A DNA stretch of 64,000 bases from Chrysomallon squamiferum (Eukaryota; Animalia; Mollusca): the NCBI GenBank assembly GCA_012295275.1, contig CM022677.1, forward strand, positions 14,880,001 to 14,944,000, in the 5' to 3' direction. The position numbers and the translations under genes are program-made. The notes below the pieces were generated by a model, which saw nothing but the letters and a program-made list of their open reading frames with translations, had not been told where the DNA came from and made no database searches. Shown here one piece after another: positions 56,901 to 64,000 of the stretch (its first letter is position 1; each line of letters begins with the position of its first letter).

Positions 56901-58306
56901 AATATAAAACAAAAAGTATTAAAAAAATCTGGTATAATTTTCTTATGTGATTAATTAATTTATCATAAATATAATTTCTGCTATACACTGGAACAAACAT
57001 AAGACTTCTTCACAGCCATCTGGACTTATATACTATTAGTTAGAATCATCCAGACTATAACAAAAAAATACCTCTACACCTCTACACCATTACTATCTGA
57101 TCTACTTAGTAAAAATAGGATGATCCTGTAACCAGACCAAAGAATGTAAACAAACATACCGTAATTACATTATTTATGTTTACTTTTCAAATAGTAAATG
57201 TCAAGCTTTAATTTCTCAGTCATAAGTAGGACTATTTTAATAATGATTTTTTCTTTCACTATACTGGGAAAATGGTATAACAAATGAGATAGAAATATCA
57301 CAAAGAATTTTCTCAATCTGACGCTTATCAACTTAATATTATATTTACTGGCTCAACAACTCTATTTTTTCTTATCACAGACTAGAAATGTATGCTTATT
57401 TTGCATAATAAAATCTTTTGTGAGAACAAATTCATATATATAGTTGACCAGATTCATATTTCAGCTTATAAAGGAAAACATGTATTGATCATTAACCTTT
57501 GACGTAAAATTTAAAAATATTCTTCAGAAACTCATCATTTTTTTAACATCCCAGTCATCCAAACAGAACTTTGGTATGATTTGGCGACTGGCCATTACAA
57601 GCCCTGCATTGATATGTACATATGTACTTAAACACATTACTATTATTACCATTATTTATTATTATAAAACATATCCAGACTACTTACTTCAGAACATGTA
57701 GTAGTAGTAATAATAATAAGATAAAAAAGGGGGAAGTAAAATAAAACAAAACAAAATGTAAATAAATAAATTACAATTAACAATTAGTACATTTTAAGCT
57801 ATGGTCTGTCTTCTATTGATCTGTCTTCTCTCTGATTATTCCATTTTTACTATCTGTCTAACTATAATATTATGATTACTTATCAAGCCGACTGTTTCTC
57901 ATGCAGTCTGTATAATCTACATCTATGTATCAATCCATCATCTATCTTTCATCTGTCAGTGTTTATAGACATTTAAAACATTTTTTATTGAAGTTAAAAT
58001 AAACAATGTTTATCACTTAACCTGTTCTATAATTCTAAATATACAGTGAGCTTCTCTTTAAAGTAAATATTTTGAAATCATCTCTCAGATTCAGTTATCT
58101 GGTATACCTTTACCTTCACCCGATTTTCTCTAATAAATTTATTTAAAAAGGGCACTTACCTGGAAACCCATCCATATTTCTTCCTATCTACTGCGCTTCT
58201 TGTTTACAATAAAAGTTGACATAATCTTTACACCTCTTCTTTTCAATATCAGTCTGTGATGTAGATAATAGCACATCTCCTTAATTTCAGGAGTTCTCAC
58301 TTCTTC
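53967..58306 (-). pseudogene. IRAG/LRMP (MRVI1/Jaw1) family coiled-coil gene, disabled
   Basis: Spliced exons 55748-55719 (FTNLSDEEVK), ~55135-55004 (LTFKMDKLT..QERSWDIAEKNLD*EL), 54619-54489 (..RVSSRVEVFGAVQQ, frameshifted) and 54064-53967 (EMRLSCTMEVMVTHVGNIK..ELEEI) match my recollection of the MRVI1 domain motifs. Upstream exons ~56739-56888 and ~58160-58306 carry stops. Confidence 0.75.
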
Positions 58307-58725
58307 CTTTTTAATAGAAACAAAAAAAAATATACATTAATCTTCACTTTTCACTATGGACTGTGCTTTTTATAAAGTTAAAATTGAGATTTAATGTGCT
58401 GCTTTATCAGCTTTCCAAAAACTTAAATAAGGAAAAAGTATTAACACATTAAAACGATTTTTTTTTTGTTGTAAGTTTCACATTAATTATGGACTGTGAA
58501 GAATGTATATTTTACTCAATTTACTGTTTCACTGTTGATTATAAAATTATTATACTCTTATACCACCATAAAATTTCAAAAATAAGTTTTTATTGTTATT
58601 GTGAATGAAACTGGTTTGGAAAATCAATATTTATATATCTTCCATTGTTAATAATGAAACATGCATAGATTGTTCAATATTAATTTTCATATTGCATTCT
58701 TATTTATTTATTTTAAATTTTCTGA

Positions 58726-58782
<57 letters not shown>

Positions 58783-59993
58783 AATAAATAAAATAAAAGC
58801 TAAAAAAAAGTTTGTTTGGGTCAAATTTCTGTTGTTTTAGAAAATGAGAACTGATATAAACATACAATCTTAGAGGTACTTAGTTCCGAATCGTGAGCGT
58901 CCCCAATCGTTTGTCTTTATTTTATTTTTTATTATTATTATTATTATTATTTTTTTTTTTTTTTGTATCATGCCTACCTTGATGTCATTAACATTATTAA
59001 TAAGTGAATATTTCTTATCAGCGAACTCAAAATGATCTGTTATCGTTCAATGCTAAACGAAGACAAAAATGTGAATATCGAGAACGCTTCCATACTAATG
59101 TGACATTTTATTAACAGAACTTGTTTCACAGAACAGCTAAGTAGGAGTAATTTTACACGGCGTTAGGAAAATAATTTATGTTACATGTTTTATGTTGTAA
59201 ACAGAGGCGTAGCTGTAATATTATGTATTGAAAACACAGTATTGAAAAATAGAGGTATTGTTTTTTAATTAACAATATTAGATAATTTTATTTTGCATAA
59301 TAAATAAATAAATAAATAATAAGCTTAATGTTTCATTAACAGGTATAACGTATCTAACAAGTTGAATAATGAATCAACGTTTAATAATGCGGAAACCTTT
59401 ATCTCAATAATCTTGAAGAGCTCATAAAAAGTTGTTGTCTGAGAATGAGATTTATCTTTCCGCATTATTCTCGTTTTTTTTTTATTAAGATAGTAGAATT
59501 ACAGATGAGAGGTGAGAGGCTAGATTAAGATGAATTAATTTCACCATGTTACTGATATTTGAAAGTGCATCTTTCTTAAAAGTCTAGAACATAGAGAAAC
59601 ATTAATAGACGTTTTTATTATTAAAAGTAAAGTGAAAAGGCGAGGATGCGCGAGATGAATCTTGTTTATTACAACACAAGTTCTGTAAATATACTGCGCT
59701 ATTACAGATTAATTCTTAATTAACTGTAGAAAGTGATAATCTATTATCTCCCCTAAAAATTAATTACATTATTAGACAATTAATATTCAACTAGGAATAA
59801 TCTAGAGAGCTATATATAAATGTAAAACATTATGGTTCTTTCGCTGAATTTAAATGTATTAGTATAAACAGGTCTGGTTGAAGCAAATATACTGTAAATA
59901 TTGTGGTTCAGTTCCATTATATGTGGCAAACAGCTCTCACCATAATAAAATATAATGTTATTTTTGGGGTCAAAACTTACTAATACTAATAAA

Positions 59994-60193
59994 NNNNNNN
60001 NNNNNNNNNNNNNNNNNNNNNNNNNNNNNNNNNNNNNNNNNNNNNNNNNNNNNNNNNNNNNNNNNNNNNNNNNNNNNNNNNNNNNNNNNNNNNNNNNNNN
60101 NNNNNNNNNNNNNNNNNNNNNNNNNNNNNNNNNNNNNNNNNNNNNNNNNNNNNNNNNNNNNNNNNNNNNNNNNNNNNNNNNNNNNNNNNNNNN
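59994..60193. other. Assembly gap (200 N)
   Basis: Run of N. Confidence 1.
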
Positions 60194-60271
60194 AAATAAT
60201 AACAACCAAAAAACAAGCTGTTAGGAAACACTGAACTAGAGTTTATGATAATAATAATAATAATAATAATA

Positions 60272-60318
<47 letters not shown>

Positions 60319-60502
60319 ATAGGATGAAACACTGCTAATATATAAAACAACAACAACAACAACAACAAAAATTAAAAAAAAGAAAAAAAGAAAAAAAAGA
60401 AACTCTGGTCTGAGACCCTGTTACCATAGGTTTAAAAAAACACCTCCTAGCAGAAACAAATTTTGCATCAAAATATCGATCGAGTTACTAGTGAGATTGT
60501 TT

Positions 60503-63500
60503 TCAATACAAATTTTCCAGAACAAAATAAACAGAACAGCTGTTTTTAGAAACGTTGTTGTTGTTGTCGCAATCGTCGTGGACGTTGTCAAATATTTCGG
60601 ATTTCCTAGTGGGAATTAGATTGTTAGACGAGGCAGTATGTCTGCACAAACTGGGCACTGGTAAAGCCGACGTAGCAGTATCAAGCGATGTCGTAGTTTC
60701 ACCGTCAGATTGGTTAAGATAGCTGACTATAAGGTTCTGATGTTGTTGTTGATATTGCAGGGTTTCTGTCCATGGTGTTGTAGTCTTCATATAATTGAGG
60801 TGGATGTAGGCGTCAGATAGTCGTCTTTGTTTTTGCTTGTGCTGTCGTAGCCGCTGTCTTTGTCGAAACCAAACTGGCTGTAGACATGAGACGTAGTTGC
60901 TACCGTTTCCTTATCGTAGGTATCATAGTCACCGTTGTCGTCCCCAGCAAGGTTGTTGTAGATGTTAGATGTACGAGTTGTCGTATTTGTTGTGTCTATG
61001 TTGTTGTAGTCTCCGTCATGGCTGCCTGAGAGATGATTGTCCACTTCAGACGTTGTAGTAGTAGCTGTCTTGATATCCGCTGTGTCGTAGTCTCCAGTAG
61101 ATCTGCTATTGGGAACTGCTTTAACATCTGCGATGTCGTAGTCGTTATCATTTCTGTTTTCCATGTTGACTGTAACTCCGCTAGGGACGTTGCAGTAAAC
61201 ACTGTGATTTCCTTGTTTTTCTGTTTCATATTTATGATCTGTCGACGTCGATGTCGTTGTTATATCAAAACTCGAATATGTGTGATCACGTTGTAAATGT
61301 TCAGTAGAGCTGATTTCATTGTTTCTTTTGTTAAAATTAATTCTTGATTCTGGTAACTTCTGAGAATTAAAACAAAATCGACGTGTTCTGAAAAATGAAG
61401 ATATTATTTAAATATAAACTGTGAAATACTAAATTATTTTTATTATACGAGTTTCTGTCGTGACGACTCTGATAATTCAAAGGAAAAACTATTTTACATT
61501 TCAAATTAAACTGACGTTAACTGAGAAGAATAACAGTGAAATACGTAGATTCTTTTTTTACTTCCACTCATATTTTTTCTATCTTTTACTTTGTTTCATA
61601 CTTTTCTTTCTTTCATTCATATCTCTCTCATTCTTTAACACCTTTTTTTTCTTTCGTTTATTCATGTCTTTCTTTTTTTGGTCTTTCTTGTCTTTCTATC
61701 TTTCATTCATATATATCTTTTTCTTTCGTTCATAGCATTCTTTCTCTATTCTTTCTTTTGTTTTAGCTTTTGTAACAAACATAATCAAGAACACATCACT
61801 TTTCTTTCTTTTTCATTCATTCATTGTTTTTCATTCTCTATTTTTTCTTTCATATTTAATGCTATTTGTTTTCTGTTTTTTCTGTTTCTGATTGAGTACA
61901 GAAAATCCTCACCGTTTACTCCAAACTACGACGACAACAATGACGACCAACACTGCTACAGCAGCAGCGACACCACCACCGACATATGCTGAAAATAGTT
62001 ACATAATAACATTGATTTTAAACTAAGAACAATTAACTATGTAAAGGTATGTATGTATGTATGCACGTATGTATGTATGTATGTATGTATTTATGTATAT
62101 ATATATATATATATGTATTTATGTATGTATGTATGTATGCATGCACGTATGTATGTATGTATGCATGTATGCATGCACATATGTATGTATGTATGTATGT
62201 ATTTATTTATCTATTTATTTATTTATTTTTATTTACTATACTTATTACTAAAATAATTTTACTAATTTTATCACAAATATGAGCATTCATGCCCTATTTT
62301 CAATTCCAATTATATGAAACAATCTTTTTAAATACAAATATTAAATAAGATAGAGGGGGAAAAAAGAATAATTAAAAGAATGAAAATATATTTAATTAAT
62401 TTTAATAAGATTAGCAGAATAAATCTAGTAAATTAACACAAAGCTAGCAACGCAGAGTTAGTAAATTAAAATAATCCTTGTAAATTAAATAAGTCATCTA
62501 GCAGACAGAAACTGGGTATAAAAATAAAAATAAATAAACTTAATTAACTTAAACAAATCTAGTAAATGAATACTAGTCATAAAATCAATAAAATTAATTT
62601 AGGTTATTAAAAGTAGTAAATAAATCTAATAATTTGAAACTAAGAATTACATTTAGTAAAAGTTGTAAATAAATCTAGTAAATTAAAAACTAGAAAATTA
62701 AATCTAATAAACTGACACAAGTAAATAAATAAATCATGGAATAAATAAATAAATAAAATATAGTCAAATGCATGTAGTAAATTAAATTTAGTTACATAAA
62801 TCTGTTAAACACAATAGTAAAATTAAAACTAACCTGACGAATTTGATGAATGTTCTGTCTCACCGGATTGTTTTGTTGGAATTATCTCCCCTGGTGTACT
62901 TACGTCAACTGTAAATATACAAAATATTGACTCTAGAAGATATTATTATAATTTTTTTTATGAAAAAAGTTTCTTTGTCTTCTGTTAAATTTATTATTAT
63001 TATTATTAGTAGTAGTAGTAGAAGTAGTAGTAGTAATAGTAGTAGTAGTAGCGGTCGTAGTAGTAGTAGTATTATAAATGATAGATAACTGGTTTTGAAA
63101 TTAGAAGATTTATGATTCCTTAACATACGTACATAACACATATATAACACATACATACACTTTCCTAGAAATATACAAATTTGTATATGGGTCTGTTTGT
63201 CTATAATTATTATTAATTAATAAACAAATCGACTTTTTAACAATTTGTTTTACTGTGTTGTTTTATACTTACATTTCTGACAAATAGCTGCAGTCTTTTG
63301 GTCTGATTTGTAATTGTAATATAATTTGTTATTTTCAGTAAACCACACCATCCTTTTAAGATCACCTTCTGAAACAGTTTTCTGAAACGATACTACACTA
63401 CCTGCAAGATTTAAAACAAGTACGTTAGAATTTTGTTTTACACAGAGGAAGAACTAACAATAAATACTGAATGTCTATTCTTTGTCGCTTTCAGCAGCAA

Positions 63501-63835
63501 CACGAACATCTATTAAATAAAGATTATCAACAACAATGAAAAGATAAATATAACTAACACACAAAGACACAAACACATACTTCCACACAAACACAACACA
63601 ACATATATACACATTTCTGTCTACAATTTACCATCAATCCACAGCAGTTTGACATCTCTGTGGAGTCCAATCCAGTAGTAAAGATTTGTTTGTAGCAGAT
63701 TCTGCAGTGATGAGACTGTACTGCTGCTTACTTTAAACATGTCAAAATGTCTGCTTGCATAGTTCCATGACATCCTCCGCTACGAAACACAAGTTTTAGA
63801 ATCACAGCTCATAAATGAGAAGAAAGATGAGTCAT
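60503..63835 (-). pseudogene. Paralogue of the C-type lectin-like single-pass receptor (3' part; 5' exons beyond the window); disabled
   Basis: Exons 63835-63632 (SWNYA..YWIGL..LWID, TAG at 63782-63780), 63401-63273, 62908-62834, 61988-61913 (TM AYVGGGVAAAVAVLVVIVVVVVWSKR) and 61387-60503 (RTRRFCF..Tyr repeats..VYFVLENLY, frameshifted). Intron phases match the + strand gene. Confidence 0.82.
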
Positions 63836-64000
63836 CTAAAAACAGATAATGAAAATAATATTATAATGAAGGAATACTTCATTATATGTATTATTTATAT
63901 TACATCGTTGTTCATTAATAATAATAATAAATAATAATAATAATAATCGTCATCATCATCATCATCATTATGAGATTATTTATTTATTTATTCGAACTTT

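Noticed and set aside
58975-59095. Possible first coding exon of the IRAG/LRMP-like gene
   Set aside because: It has a good donor (AAG/GTAGGC) but no open frame from the ATG and no recognisable homology, so it was left outside the feature.
59810-60231. ORFs spanning X runs
   Set aside because: Artefacts of the 200-N assembly gap.

Overview
AT-rich, microsatellite-dense animal genomic DNA, probably molluscan judging from the 5S rRNA sequence and the gene families. No intact protein-coding gene is visible, and almost all ORF-track entries are satellite or microsatellite artefacts. The left half (1-35.6 kb) is a repeated unit. Each complete copy has a conserved TATA/Inr/CRE promoter with a small non-coding spliced 5' module carrying 36- and 41-nt introns, then 8-12 kb of a strand-polarised 40-bp satellite, then a near-invariant ~124-nt structured element. 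Two complete copies lie on the minus strand, one inverted copy runs off the left edge, and one orphan 3' element sits near a solitary 5S rRNA gene. I read this as a candidate family of stress-responsive, satellite-bodied long non-coding RNA genes (hsr-omega/NEAT1-like in architecture); that reading is inference. The right half (38.9-64 kb) holds decayed genes: two convergent C-type-lectin single-pass receptor paralogues with Tyr-motif tails (the + copy also has a WSC domain), a TRIM-type RING fragment and an IRAG/LRMP-like gene. It also contains a Tigger-like element, a 67/71-bp satellite and a 200-N gap.
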